In this document: positions 35,176 to 43,393 of the stretch, piece by piece
How the letters are laid out: each line of letters opens with the position of its first letter
Numbering within the stretch: position 1 is the first letter of the stretch
Assembly (NCBI GenBank): GCA_002305125.1
Contig: DBQG01000001.1
Coordinates: 1-43,536, forward strand
Reading direction: 5' to 3'
Length of the DNA stretch: 43,536 nt
Source: Patescibacteria group bacterium UBA1400
GTDB taxonomy: Bacteria > Patescibacteriota > Microgenomatia > UBA1400
Position numbers and translations under genes: made by a program
The notes under the pieces: generated by a model
What the model was told of the DNA's origin: nothing
The model's database searches: none
What the model saw: the letters and a program-made list of their open reading frames with translations, nothing else

Positions 35176-36467
35176 AAGAAAGTTTAAAGAAGAAAATTAA
35201 TAACTTACCTTTTAAGCCGGGCATTTACTTTTTTAAAAACAAACAGGGTAAGATTATTTATATTGGCAAATCGGTAAGTTTGCGCAAAAGAGTTAAAAGC
35301 TATTTTCAAAAATTAAATCTACCCGGATTAACCCAAAAAATGATAATGGCCATTGCTGATGTTGAGGTAAGAGTTTGTGAGTCTGAATTTGAAGCCTTGC
35401 TTTTAGAGGCAGAGTTTATTAATAAGCTACAACCGTATTTTAATATTCGTTTTAAAGATGATAAACATTTTTTAATGATTGCTATTTCTCAGGATGAGGA
35501 TTATCCCCGCATTTATACAACCAGAAAAAAAGAAGGAAAAGCTTTCTATTTTGGTCCCTTTCCTTCTTCGGCGGATGTTAAAAGAGTGTTAAAAACAGTT
35601 CGTAGGATCTTTCCTTATTGTACTTGTAAGCCTAGGTTGGGGCAAAAAAAAGCCTGTTTATACTATCATCTGGGCCTTTGTCCCGGGTGCTGTATTGGTC
35701 TTGATAAAAAAGAATATAAAAAAACCGTTAAAAAGATAATTAAATTTTTACAGGGAAATATTAAGGGGGTAAAATCACAGTTGAAAAAAGAAATGATTCA
35801 GGCCTCCAAACTTCTGGAGTTTGAAAAAGCCAATAGCTTGAAAAAACAGTTGGAGGCGATTGACTATATTGTTTTAAACTGGCAAAGTCTTGATGATAAT
35901 AGTTTAACCAACCTGCTTTCTAGCGATCAAAAGGAACAGATCTTAGTTGAAGCCAAAAAAATTTTTCCTCAGCTTAAAAGTTTAAATAGGGTTGAGGCTT
36001 ATGATATTTCCAATCTTTATGGTCAGCAAGCTACAGGCTCGATGGTAGTTTTTTCTTATTTAAGTCCTGATAAAAGCGAGTATCGCCATTTTAAAATTAG
36101 AAGTGTTAATCAACCTGATGATGTGGCTATGATGAAGGAGGTGTTGCAAAGAAGGTTTAACCGGCAGGATTGGTTTTATCCCCAATTGGTGATTGTGGAT
36201 GGTGGTAAAGGTCAGGTAATGGCTGCTCTAGATGTATTGATAGAAAAAAAGCTGGATAAAATTAACTTGTTGGGATTGGCTAAAAAACAGGAGACTATTT
36301 TTGTGCCTAATGTTAAAAAAGGAATTGTTTTTTCTTGGCAAGAAGTAAAGCTTGAAAAAAACTCCCCCTTTTTGCGCTTTTTACAAAGTTTAAGGGATGA
36401 ATCTCACCGTTTTGCCAAAAACTATCATCTTTTGCTCAGAAAAAAAAGTCTTAAACTGGTAAAATAA
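35172..36467 (+). CDS. uvrC: excinuclease ABC subunit C, truncated form lacking the C-terminal (HhH)2 domain
   Basis: GIY-YIG domain (PGIYFFKNKQGKIIYIGKS), UVR domain (LEFEKANSLKKQLEAIDYI) and endonuclease domain (VEAYDISNLYGQQATGSMVVF, VIVDGGKGQV, LRDESHRFA). The protein ends at 431 aa. ATGA overlap with the uvrA stop. Confidence 0.9.
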   Translation: MKESLKKKINNLPFKPGIYFFKNKQGKIIYIGKSVSLRKRVKSYFQKLNLPGLTQKMIMAIADVEVRVCESEFEALLLEAEFINKLQPYFNIRFKDDKHFLMIAISQDEDYPRIYTTRKKEGKAFYFGPFPSSADVKRVLKTVRRIFPYCTCKPRLGQKKACLYYHLGLCPGCCIGLDKKEYKKTVKKIIKFLQGNIKGVKSQLKKEMIQASKLLEFEKANSLKKQLEAIDYIVLNWQSLDDNSLTNLLSSDQKEQILVEAKKIFPQLKSLNRVEAYDISNLYGQQATGSMVVFSYLSPDKSEYRHFKIRSVNQPDDVAMMKEVLQRRFNRQDWFYPQLVIVDGGKGQVMAALDVLIEKKLDKINLLGLAKKQETIFVPNVKKGIVFSWQEVKLEKNSPFLRFLQSLRDESHRFAKNYHLLLRKKSLKLVK

Positions 36468-36470
36468 ACT

Positions 36471-37352
36471 ATGATGGATCTTGATTTTGCCAAAATTTAC
36501 TCTGTTTCCAAACTTAGCTTGTTTGATCAATGTCCTAAGGCTTACCACTTTTCCTATCTTGATCCTATTTATTCCCGGATGAAGAGCAAGCTAAGAAAAG
36601 ACCCGGCCAATATTTTTGCTTTTAATACTTTAGGGCGGGCGGTTCATGACGCATTAACTTTATTTTTTCATCTTGAAAAAACGGAGCAGAACTTGAAGAA
36701 CCTTAAAAATCAGCTTAAACTTAGCTGGCGCTCTGAGGCTATGCCTCACAAGCTGCCTCCTCTGGGTGCATGGGGTGGATTTACTGATATAGAAGAGGAA
36801 AGAAGATATTATCAGGATGCCTTAAACATGTTGATTAACTTTTATAAAAACTTCGATCTTTCTCTTAAGGTTTATTACCTGCCTACCAAAGATCTTCTTA
36901 GATCTATTGAAGACTATAAAAAACTTATTAAGCCGATCTCTCTTGACAGTGATATTTCTGGCAAGTTTGATCTTATTGTTGAGGCAGACGATGGTTTGGA
37001 AGTGGTTGATTTTAAAACTGGCAAAAATGAAGAACAGGACAACTTTCAGCTTAGATTTTATAAACTTTTAGCAGAACTTAATTTTAATAAGTTTATTAAA
37101 AAGGCCAGTTTTTATTATTTAAAAACTGGAAATATTAAAGAGTTTGATTTGGAAACAGAAAATAAAACTGAAGAGATTAAAGAAGAGATTTTAGATAAGA
37201 TAGCCAAAATTAAAACTGCTCAGGAGTTTGAGGCCAGGCCCTCAAAATTATGTAAATACTGTTTATTTAAAAATTTTTGTCCGGCCAAAAACGAAGTTAG
37301 AGAATTTATTAAACAGCCTGAAGATAATGAAGTTGAAGACTTGCCCTTTTAA
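36471..37352 (+). CDS. PD-(D/E)XK nuclease, Cas4/AddB-like with 4-Cys Fe-S motif
   Basis: N-terminal Cys (DQCPKAYHF), nuclease motif DLIVEADDGLEVVDFKTGK (D...D-x-K), QLRFY (QxxxY) and C-terminal CKYCLFKNFC (CxxCx5C). Starts 3 nt after the uvrC stop. Confidence 0.75.
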   Translation: MMDLDFAKIYSVSKLSLFDQCPKAYHFSYLDPIYSRMKSKLRKDPANIFAFNTLGRAVHDALTLFFHLEKTEQNLKNLKNQLKLSWRSEAMPHKLPPLGAWGGFTDIEEERRYYQDALNMLINFYKNFDLSLKVYYLPTKDLLRSIEDYKKLIKPISLDSDISGKFDLIVEADDGLEVVDFKTGKNEEQDNFQLRFYKLLAELNFNKFIKKASFYYLKTGNIKEFDLETENKTEEIKEEILDKIAKIKTAQEFEARPSKLCKYCLFKNFCPAKNEVREFIKQPEDNEVEDLPF

Positions 37353-37405
37353 GCAGGCAATTTAGACCTTTTTCTTTTAAATAATGTTTAGGGTAAAACT
37401 GTTAT

Positions 37406-37633
37406 ATGAAGCAGATTTTAGTTAAAGTTAAGCCTTCAAGCCGGCAAATTAAAGTTGAGAAGATTAGTAACAGTGAGTTTAAAGTTTTTTTAACTGCCGT
37501 GGCTCAGAATAATCAGGCTAACAGACAGCTTCTGAAAGTTTTAGCTAAGTTTTTTCAGCTTAAACCAGGACAGGTTTTGTTTAAATCAGGCTTGAAAAGT
37601 AGGACTAAAAAAATTATTTTAAGAGAAGATTAG
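37406..37633 (+). CDS. DUF167/YggU-family small protein
   Basis: 75 aa. VKVKPSSRQIKVEKI....FKVFLTA.AQNNQANRQLLKVLAKFF matches the DUF167 pattern (V.p.a....i.......l.v.v.apP..GkAN..l...la). Confidence 0.7.
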   Translation: MKQILVKVKPSSRQIKVEKISNSEFKVFLTAVAQNNQANRQLLKVLAKFFQLKPGQVLFKSGLKSRTKKIILRED

Positions 37634-37663
37634 TTTATTAATTAATTTTCTAAAAGATAATAC

Positions 37664-37692
37664 TTGACTTATTCATATCAAGTATGTAAGCT
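37664..37692 (+). promoter_or_regulatory. candidate promoter upstream of the glpX leader
   Basis: TTGACT at 37664-37669, a 17-nt spacer, and TAAGCT at 37687-37692. Confidence 0.3.
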
Positions 37693-37748
37693 AAAAAAGC
37701 TTTTGGAAAAAGACATGAACAAAAAAAATTTGAAACAACAAGTTTTTA

Positions 37749-37779
37749 AAGCAGCTTCTTATTTTTAAGCTGCTTTTTT
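37749..37779 (+). terminator. intrinsic terminator-like hairpin immediately upstream of the glpX SD
   Basis: Perfect 9-bp stem AAGCAGCTT (37749-37757) / AAGCTGCTT (37767-37775), a 9-nt loop, then a T-run ending at 37779. The SD AGGAGGA follows at ~37783. Confidence 0.6.
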
Positions 37780-37791
37780 ATTAGGAGGAAC

Positions 37792-38754
37792 ATGGAAAAT
37801 ACTTTAATAATGCAGATTTCTCATGCTACGGAATTGGCAGCGATGGCCGCAGCTAGAGCCGCAGGCTTTGGTGATAAAAAGGCAGCTGATGGTGAGGCAG
37901 TTAAGGCTATGAGGCAGTTTTTTAACTCCGTTGATTTTAAAGCCCGCGTGGTTATTGGCGAAGGTGAAAGAGATAAGGCCCCCATGCTTTATATTGGAGA
38001 AAAACTGGGTACGGGTAAGGGGATGAGTGTAGATATCGCAGTTGATCCCTTAGAAAACACCAACGCCACAGCTAGTCTTGGTCCCAGAGCTATTGCCGTC
38101 TTGGCAGCAGCAGAAAAGGGCGGTTTATTTCATGCGCCTGATATGTATATGAACAAGCTTATAGTTGGTCCTGAAGCAGCGGGTAAGATAAATATTGATG
38201 CTCCGGTAGGAAAAAATCTTGAGGTTTTAGCTAAAGTGTTGAAAAGGGATGTTAAGGATTTAGTTATTGTTGTGCTTGATAGGCCAAGGAATGAGGAGTT
38301 AGTGGCTGATATTAGGAAAGCCGGAGCCAGGGTTAAACTGATTTTAGACGGTGATCTGCTTCCCGGAATTGCAGTGGCAATGAGGGGTAGCGGTGTTCAT
38401 GCAGTAATGGGAATTGGGGCTGCGCCTGAAGGAGTAATGAGTGCGGCCGGACTGAGGTGTTTGAAAGGAGAGATGCAGGCCAGATTTTGGCCCAAAAGCA
38501 GGGAAGAGGAAGAGCGTTTAAAGAAGATGGGAGGTAATGTAAAAAAGGTTTATAAAACCGAGGATCTGGCTTCGGGCAAACAGATAGTTTTTTGTGCTAC
38601 CGGTGTTACTAATGGAGATATTTTAAAAGGGGTAAGATTTTTCGGCGGCGGAGCCAGAACCAACACTTTGCTGATGAATACTATTTCTGACAAGATCAGA
38701 TTTATAGATACTACCCATGTGTTTGACAAAAAACAGATTGAATATCGGATTTAA
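37792..38754 (+). CDS. glpX: class II fructose-1,6-bisphosphatase (GlpX type)
   Basis: 320 aa. AAARAAGFGDKKAADGEAVKAMR, VIGEGERDKAPMLYIGEKLG and VDPLENTN are GlpX signatures. Confidence 0.9.
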   Translation: MENTLIMQISHATELAAMAAARAAGFGDKKAADGEAVKAMRQFFNSVDFKARVVIGEGERDKAPMLYIGEKLGTGKGMSVDIAVDPLENTNATASLGPRAIAVLAAAEKGGLFHAPDMYMNKLIVGPEAAGKINIDAPVGKNLEVLAKVLKRDVKDLVIVVLDRPRNEELVADIRKAGARVKLILDGDLLPGIAVAMRGSGVHAVMGIGAAPEGVMSAAGLRCLKGEMQARFWPKSREEEERLKKMGGNVKKVYKTEDLASGKQIVFCATGVTNGDILKGVRFFGGGARTNTLLMNTISDKIRFIDTTHVFDKKQIEYRI

Positions 38755-38791
38755 TTCTTAAAAGAAAAAACTTGAATTTAAAGGAGGAGTT

Positions 38792-40060
38792 ATGAGTGAC
38801 ATCATTGATGGTTTGGTTTGGCAGCTAGTTTTTGCCGACAGCAAAGAAGATAAAAACACTGCCTATACAAAACTTTGGAATTTGGGTCAGGAAAAGGGGG
38901 TTTTGCCGGCATCTATTAATGATTTATATCTGGCTCGGGCGCAGGGACAGACACCTTTAGATTTTACAGTTCCTGCTATAAATTTACGGGGTATGACTTA
39001 TGATTCGGCCCAGGCAGTTTTTAGGGCTGCGGTGAATAAAAATGTTGGTGCTTTGATTTTTGAGATTGCCAGATCTGAAATTGGTTATACTGACCAATCT
39101 CCTCAGGAGTATGTAGGTGTTATTATTGCTGCTGCTTTAGCTCAGGGATTTACAGGACCTTTGTTTATTCAAGGAGATCATTTTCAAGTTAAAGTTTCTG
39201 ATCAACCAGGAGTAGCTAAGGAAGGTGAGGTGGACAAGGTTAAAGAACTTATTGCTCAAGCTTTAGAAGCGGGTTTTTATAATGTTGACATTGATGCTTC
39301 AACCTTGGTTGATTATGCAAAGCCTGATATTTATGACCAGCAGCAGACTAATTTTTTGGTCTCTTCCCAGCTTTCCCAGTATGTTCGCAGTCTTCAACCT
39401 GAAGGAATAACTGTTTCTTTAGGAGGAGAGATTGGCCATATTGGCGGAAAAAACTCTACTGAAGAAGAGCTGAGGGCTTATATTAAAGGTTTTAAGGAAA
39501 ACATTTCTGAAGGAATGATAGGACTGTCTAAAGTATCTATTCAGACAGGAACTCACCATGGTGGTGTCCCTTTGGCTGATGGCAGTCTGGCTGATGTAGA
39601 TGTTGACTTTGGTACTTTAAAAAATTTGGCTCAAGTATCACGGCAGCTGGGAATGGCAGGAACAGTTCAGCACGGTGCTTCTACTTTGCCTAAAGACTAT
39701 TTTGCCCAGTTTCCTGCCTCAGAAGCAGTAGAAGTGCATTTGGCAACCGGTTTCCAGAATATTATTATGGATCACCCCCAGTTTCCTGAAAAACTACTTG
39801 GGAAAATGTATGATTGGATTGACCAGAATCAGCAAGATGAGAAGAAAGAAGGCCAAACCGACGAGCAGTTTCATTATAAATTAAGAAAAAAAGCCTGGGG
39901 ACCCTTTAAAAAAGAAGTTTGGTCCTTGTCAGGGGAAATAAAAGAAGCGATTGGCAGCCAGCTGGAAAAAGAGTTTGCTTTTATGTTTCAGGCTTTAAAA
40001 GTAGAAAATAGCAAAGATTTGGTCAGCAGATTTGTTAAGCCTGTTATATTAAAAAAGTAA
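38792..40060 (+). CDS. fba: class II fructose-bisphosphate aldolase (long form)
   Basis: PAINLRG, LFIQGDHF, NVDIDAST, GGEIGHIGG, TGTHHG and VQHGAST match the class II aldolase metal/substrate motifs. Strong SD AAAGGAGG. Confidence 0.8.
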   Translation: MSDIIDGLVWQLVFADSKEDKNTAYTKLWNLGQEKGVLPASINDLYLARAQGQTPLDFTVPAINLRGMTYDSAQAVFRAAVNKNVGALIFEIARSEIGYTDQSPQEYVGVIIAAALAQGFTGPLFIQGDHFQVKVSDQPGVAKEGEVDKVKELIAQALEAGFYNVDIDASTLVDYAKPDIYDQQQTNFLVSSQLSQYVRSLQPEGITVSLGGEIGHIGGKNSTEEELRAYIKGFKENISEGMIGLSKVSIQTGTHHGGVPLADGSLADVDVDFGTLKNLAQVSRQLGMAGTVQHGASTLPKDYFAQFPASEAVEVHLATGFQNIIMDHPQFPEKLLGKMYDWIDQNQQDEKKEGQTDEQFHYKLRKKAWGPFKKEVWSLSGEIKEAIGSQLEKEFAFMFQALKVENSKDLVSRFVKPVILKK

Positions 40061-40076
40061 CCCTTAAAGGAGTTAT

Positions 40077-41264
40077 ATGAAAAAGAAGACAATTAAAGAT
40101 ATTAGGCTTGATAATAAAAAGGTGCTTGTCAGGGTTGATTACAATGTTTCTTTAGGTGAGGATTTTAAGATTGCCGATGACTTTCGTATCAGGCAAACCC
40201 TGACAACTTTGGATTATTTGTCCAAAAAAGGCTGTACAATTTTTCTCCTTTCTCATTTAGGTAGACCTGAGGGGCTAAAGAATAAAGATTTTTCTTTAAA
40301 ACCAGTGGCCCAGCATTTGCAAAAAATATTAGGAAGAAAAGTTTTCTTTTTTGACAAAGACATAACTGATGCAAATGCCAGAAAAGAACTTAGCAGTTTT
40401 AATAAGGGAGAGATTGTTTTGCTGGAAAATATTAGGTTTTATAAACAGGAAGAAGAAAATGATCAGCAATTTGCTCAAAATCTTGCCGGCTTGGCTGATA
40501 TTTTTGTCAACGATGCTTTTGGTGTTTCCCACAGGGTACATGCTTCAACTGTAGGAGTAACCCAGTTTCTTCCCTCAGTGGCAGGATTGCTTTTAGAAAA
40601 AGAGGTTAAAGTTATTTCTCAGGCTTTAAACAAACCCAAGAGGCCTTTGGTGGCTATAATTGGCGGAGCCAAGGCTGAGGATAAAATTACTCTGGTAGGC
40701 AAGCTTCTAGAAAAAGCAGATTATTGTCTGGTAGGCGGTGGAACAGCCAATACTTTTTTAAGTGCCTGGGGTTATAAAGTCGGTCAATCTAAGGTTTATC
40801 ATGAGATGGTGGAGTTGGCGAAAAAACTTTTTTGGAAAGCTTCAAGACGGAATACGGCCATGCTTTTGCCCACAGATGTAGTTCTGGGAAACCTTAAAGA
40901 AAAAACAACCAACGGAGTGGTGGATGTAGAAAAAATTCCTGCTTCCTGGCAGGCCTTGGATATTGGTCCTAAAACCCAGGCAGAGTTTGGTAATGCTATT
41001 GCCAAAGCCAACACCATTATTTGGAACGGACCAATGGGGGTTTTTGAAAAACAGGAGTTTAAAAATGGCACTGAATTTATTTACTGGGCTATTGCCCAAA
41101 ATTCCCAATCATTAAGCATTATTGGCGGCGGCGATACTATTTCTGCTTTGAAGAAAAAAGAGTATTTAAAGGTTATTGACCATGTTTCCACCGGAGGCGG
41201 AGCCATGCTTGAGTTTATTGAACAGGGCACACTGCCGGGCATACAGGCTTTGGAAGATAAATAA
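40077..41264 (+). CDS. pgk: phosphoglycerate kinase
   Basis: VLVRVDYNV, LSHLGRP, FVNDAFG.SHR, IIGGAK..DKI, WNGPMGVFE and GGGDT. Confidence 0.97.
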   Translation: MKKKTIKDIRLDNKKVLVRVDYNVSLGEDFKIADDFRIRQTLTTLDYLSKKGCTIFLLSHLGRPEGLKNKDFSLKPVAQHLQKILGRKVFFFDKDITDANARKELSSFNKGEIVLLENIRFYKQEEENDQQFAQNLAGLADIFVNDAFGVSHRVHASTVGVTQFLPSVAGLLLEKEVKVISQALNKPKRPLVAIIGGAKAEDKITLVGKLLEKADYCLVGGGTANTFLSAWGYKVGQSKVYHEMVELAKKLFWKASRRNTAMLLPTDVVLGNLKEKTTNGVVDVEKIPASWQALDIGPKTQAEFGNAIAKANTIIWNGPMGVFEKQEFKNGTEFIYWAIAQNSQSLSIIGGGDTISALKKKEYLKVIDHVSTGGGAMLEFIEQGTLPGIQALEDK

Positions 41265-41291
41265 ATTCTAACTATACTTCTTTTGAACAAT

Positions 41292-41320
41292 TTGCCTAAT
41301 TTATTGGTTAAAGCTATACT
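41292..41320 (+). promoter_or_regulatory. candidate promoter for the histidine kinase gene
   Basis: TTGCCT at 41292-41297, a 17-nt spacer, and TATACT at 41315-41320. Confidence 0.35.
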
Positions 41321-41344
41321 GTTATTAGCCAGCTTTTTTATTTT

Positions 41345-42367
41345 ATGTCAGAAAAAAGAGGTTCAGTTTTAGCGCTTCCTGATTTAAGACCTTTATACTT
41401 AGATGCTTTGGAATTTACTCCTCAACAATATTTTAACCTTGTATTTCATGATTTTAAGAACAACCTTACTCCCATGTTTGGTTTTGTAGATTTAGCCATA
41501 GAAGGTGCTTTTACTGATGAAGAAAATAGTTTTTTTCTTCAGATAGCTCCTTATGTTAGACAGGTAAAGGCAATTTTTGACTTTTTACAGGATAGTTTCA
41601 GCAACGATGATTTATATCAATGTCAGTCAGGTTTAAAAGAAGACACGTTAGCATTTTTACAAGGTTTAAGGGAAGAGTTTTTTGTCGAAGAAGATGAAAA
41701 AAGAATGTTGCCTGAAGAGTATCAACAGCAAAGTTGTTTGCAAATTATGATTCGGGAAATAGAATGGTATTTAGATTTTATTGCGGTTTTTCCTGAAACC
41801 ATAGCTATTCCTGATGGGATATGTGACAAATCTTTAGTAAAACTTAATAAGGCTAGGCAACTGCTGGAAGAAGTGCCGGCTGAAATAATGAATTTTGATC
41901 TTTTAATTCCCAATTATGAACCTGTAAACATTAAGCAGAAAATAGAAGAAGTTTTATTTCAACAACGGAAGTTAAATGGTCACTCTTTTGAAACGAATTA
42001 TCCTAAAGAGCTAGAAGATCAAATAGTTGAAACAGATGGTCATTTTTTACAAAGGATTTTAGACAACCTTATAGACAATGGCTGTAAATATAGTGCAAAA
42101 GGGTCTCCTTTAACAATTAAAATGGAATCAAGTTGCGGTTTTTTAGCTATAGTTGTTCAGGATTTTGGTATGGGTTTACCCTTAGAATGTCTGCAAGATC
42201 CTGCTGCTCTTTTTAGTCCAGGAAAAAGATTTGCTCCAGAAATTGGAGGTAGTGGTTATGGTTTATGTTTTAGTCAGATGCTAGCCAACAAGTTGGGAGG
42301 TTGGATTACTCCTTATTCTGCGGGAGAGGGTCAAGGCTCTGCGTTTAAACTTTTTTTACCTCTTTGA
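41345..42367 (+). CDS. soluble sensor histidine kinase (HisKA-like H-box + HATPase_c), no TM segment
   Basis: H-box FHDFKNNLTPMFGFVDLA, N-box LDNLIDNGCKYS, G1 DFGMGL and G2 GGSGYGLCFSQMLANKLGG. No hydrophobic helices. Confidence 0.75.
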   Translation: MSEKRGSVLALPDLRPLYLDALEFTPQQYFNLVFHDFKNNLTPMFGFVDLAIEGAFTDEENSFFLQIAPYVRQVKAIFDFLQDSFSNDDLYQCQSGLKEDTLAFLQGLREEFFVEEDEKRMLPEEYQQQSCLQIMIREIEWYLDFIAVFPETIAIPDGICDKSLVKLNKARQLLEEVPAEIMNFDLLIPNYEPVNIKQKIEEVLFQQRKLNGHSFETNYPKELEDQIVETDGHFLQRILDNLIDNGCKYSAKGSPLTIKMESSCGFLAIVVQDFGMGLPLECLQDPAALFSPGKRFAPEIGGSGYGLCFSQMLANKLGGWITPYSAGEGQGSAFKLFLPL

Positions 42368-42375
42368 TTTTTATC

Positions 42376-42404
42376 TTGACAAAATTTTTCTAAAGGTTTA
42401 AACT
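42376..42404 (+). promoter_or_regulatory. candidate promoter for the Rrf2 operon
   Basis: TTGACA at 42376-42381, a 17-nt spacer, and TAAACT at 42399-42404, 21 nt upstream of ATG 42426. Confidence 0.4.
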
Positions 42405-42425
42405 CCTACTTGAAAGGTATGATAT

Positions 42426-42818
42426 ATGTTTCAAGTAACTAAATCCGTTGAGTATGCTATCTTGCTTCTAGTTGGTTTATATAAAACTAAAGGAAAGCCT
42501 GTTTCTTTGGCTTCTTTAGCCCAAATCCAGGGTTTGCCTCATAAATATCTGGAAAAAATAGCTGCAAAATTAAAGAAAAAAGACATTTTGGCCAGCAGTC
42601 AAGGAGTTAATGGCGGTTACTTTTTTAAAAAGAAGCCTTCTCAGGTTTCTTTACAGGACATTATTTTATCTGTTGATGGAAGAAAGGGCTTGGTCAGCTG
42701 TTTGTATGGCAAATGCGATTTGGAAGACTCTTGTTTTCATAAAAAAGTTTGGCTTAATTTACAGCAGAAACTGTTTAAAGAACTTGAACAGATTAAATTA
42801 TCTGATTTAGTGAGTTAA
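42426..42818 (+). CDS. Rrf2-family transcriptional regulator (IscR/NsrR-like, three-Cys cluster site)
   Basis: The N-terminal wHTH region (VTKSVEYAILLLVGL...VSLASLAQIQGLPHKYLEKIAAKLKKKDIL.SSQGVNGGY) and the CLYGKCDLEDSC Cys triad. Confidence 0.85.
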   Translation: MFQVTKSVEYAILLLVGLYKTKGKPVSLASLAQIQGLPHKYLEKIAAKLKKKDILASSQGVNGGYFFKKKPSQVSLQDIILSVDGRKGLVSCLYGKCDLEDSCFHKKVWLNLQQKLFKELEQIKLSDLVS

Positions 42819-42819
42819 T

Positions 42820-43392
42820 ATGCTGGTTGTTTTAGATGTAGAAACTAAAAATATGTTTGACGGGGTTAACAGAAAAAAACCTGAAGATTTAGGGATATCT
42901 TTTGTTGGGGTTTTAACGGTGGATAGCGGCAGGGAAAAGTATCTTGGTTTTTGGGAACATGAACTTCCCAAGTTGTGGCCCCTGCTTGAACAGGTGGATT
43001 TGGTAGTTGGCTTTAATCTGTTTGGTTTTGATTTTCCGGCCCTGTCTTCTTACTATTCAGGAGATTTAACCAAACTGCCAGCTTTGGATCTTTTAAAGGA
43101 GTTTGAAAGCGTAGCCGGACACAGAATCAGTTTAAATAGTCTGGCTAAAGCTACTTTGGGTTTGGAAAAAAGCGGAACCGGCATTCAGGCCATTGATCTT
43201 TTTGCCCAAGGAAAGCTTGAGGAGCTGAAAAAATACTGTTTAAAAGATGTAGAAATTACTTATAAACTTTATCAGCATGCTCGGCAATTTGGGTTTTTAA
43301 AATATGTTAATAAGTGGAATAATGTTTGTCAGATTAAGCTTGAACTTAAAAATCAAAATCAGGAGGCTAAGGTACAGATGACCCTAGGATAG
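42820..43392 (+). CDS. DEDD-type 3'-5' exonuclease / RNase H-like fold protein
   Basis: ExoI-like VLDVET, ExoII-like VGFNLFGFDFPAL and ExoIII-like KYCLKDVEITYKLY. Starts 1 nt after the Rrf2 stop. Confidence 0.6.
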   Translation: MLVVLDVETKNMFDGVNRKKPEDLGISFVGVLTVDSGREKYLGFWEHELPKLWPLLEQVDLVVGFNLFGFDFPALSSYYSGDLTKLPALDLLKEFESVAGHRISLNSLAKATLGLEKSGTGIQAIDLFAQGKLEELKKYCLKDVEITYKLYQHARQFGFLKYVNKWNNVCQIKLELKNQNQEAKVQMTLG

Positions 43393-43393
43393 A

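Noticed and set aside
36471-37352. Cas4-like nuclease as evidence of a CRISPR-Cas locus
   Set aside because: No repeat-spacer array and no cas1, cas2 or effector genes occur in the window. The gene is coupled to uvrC instead.
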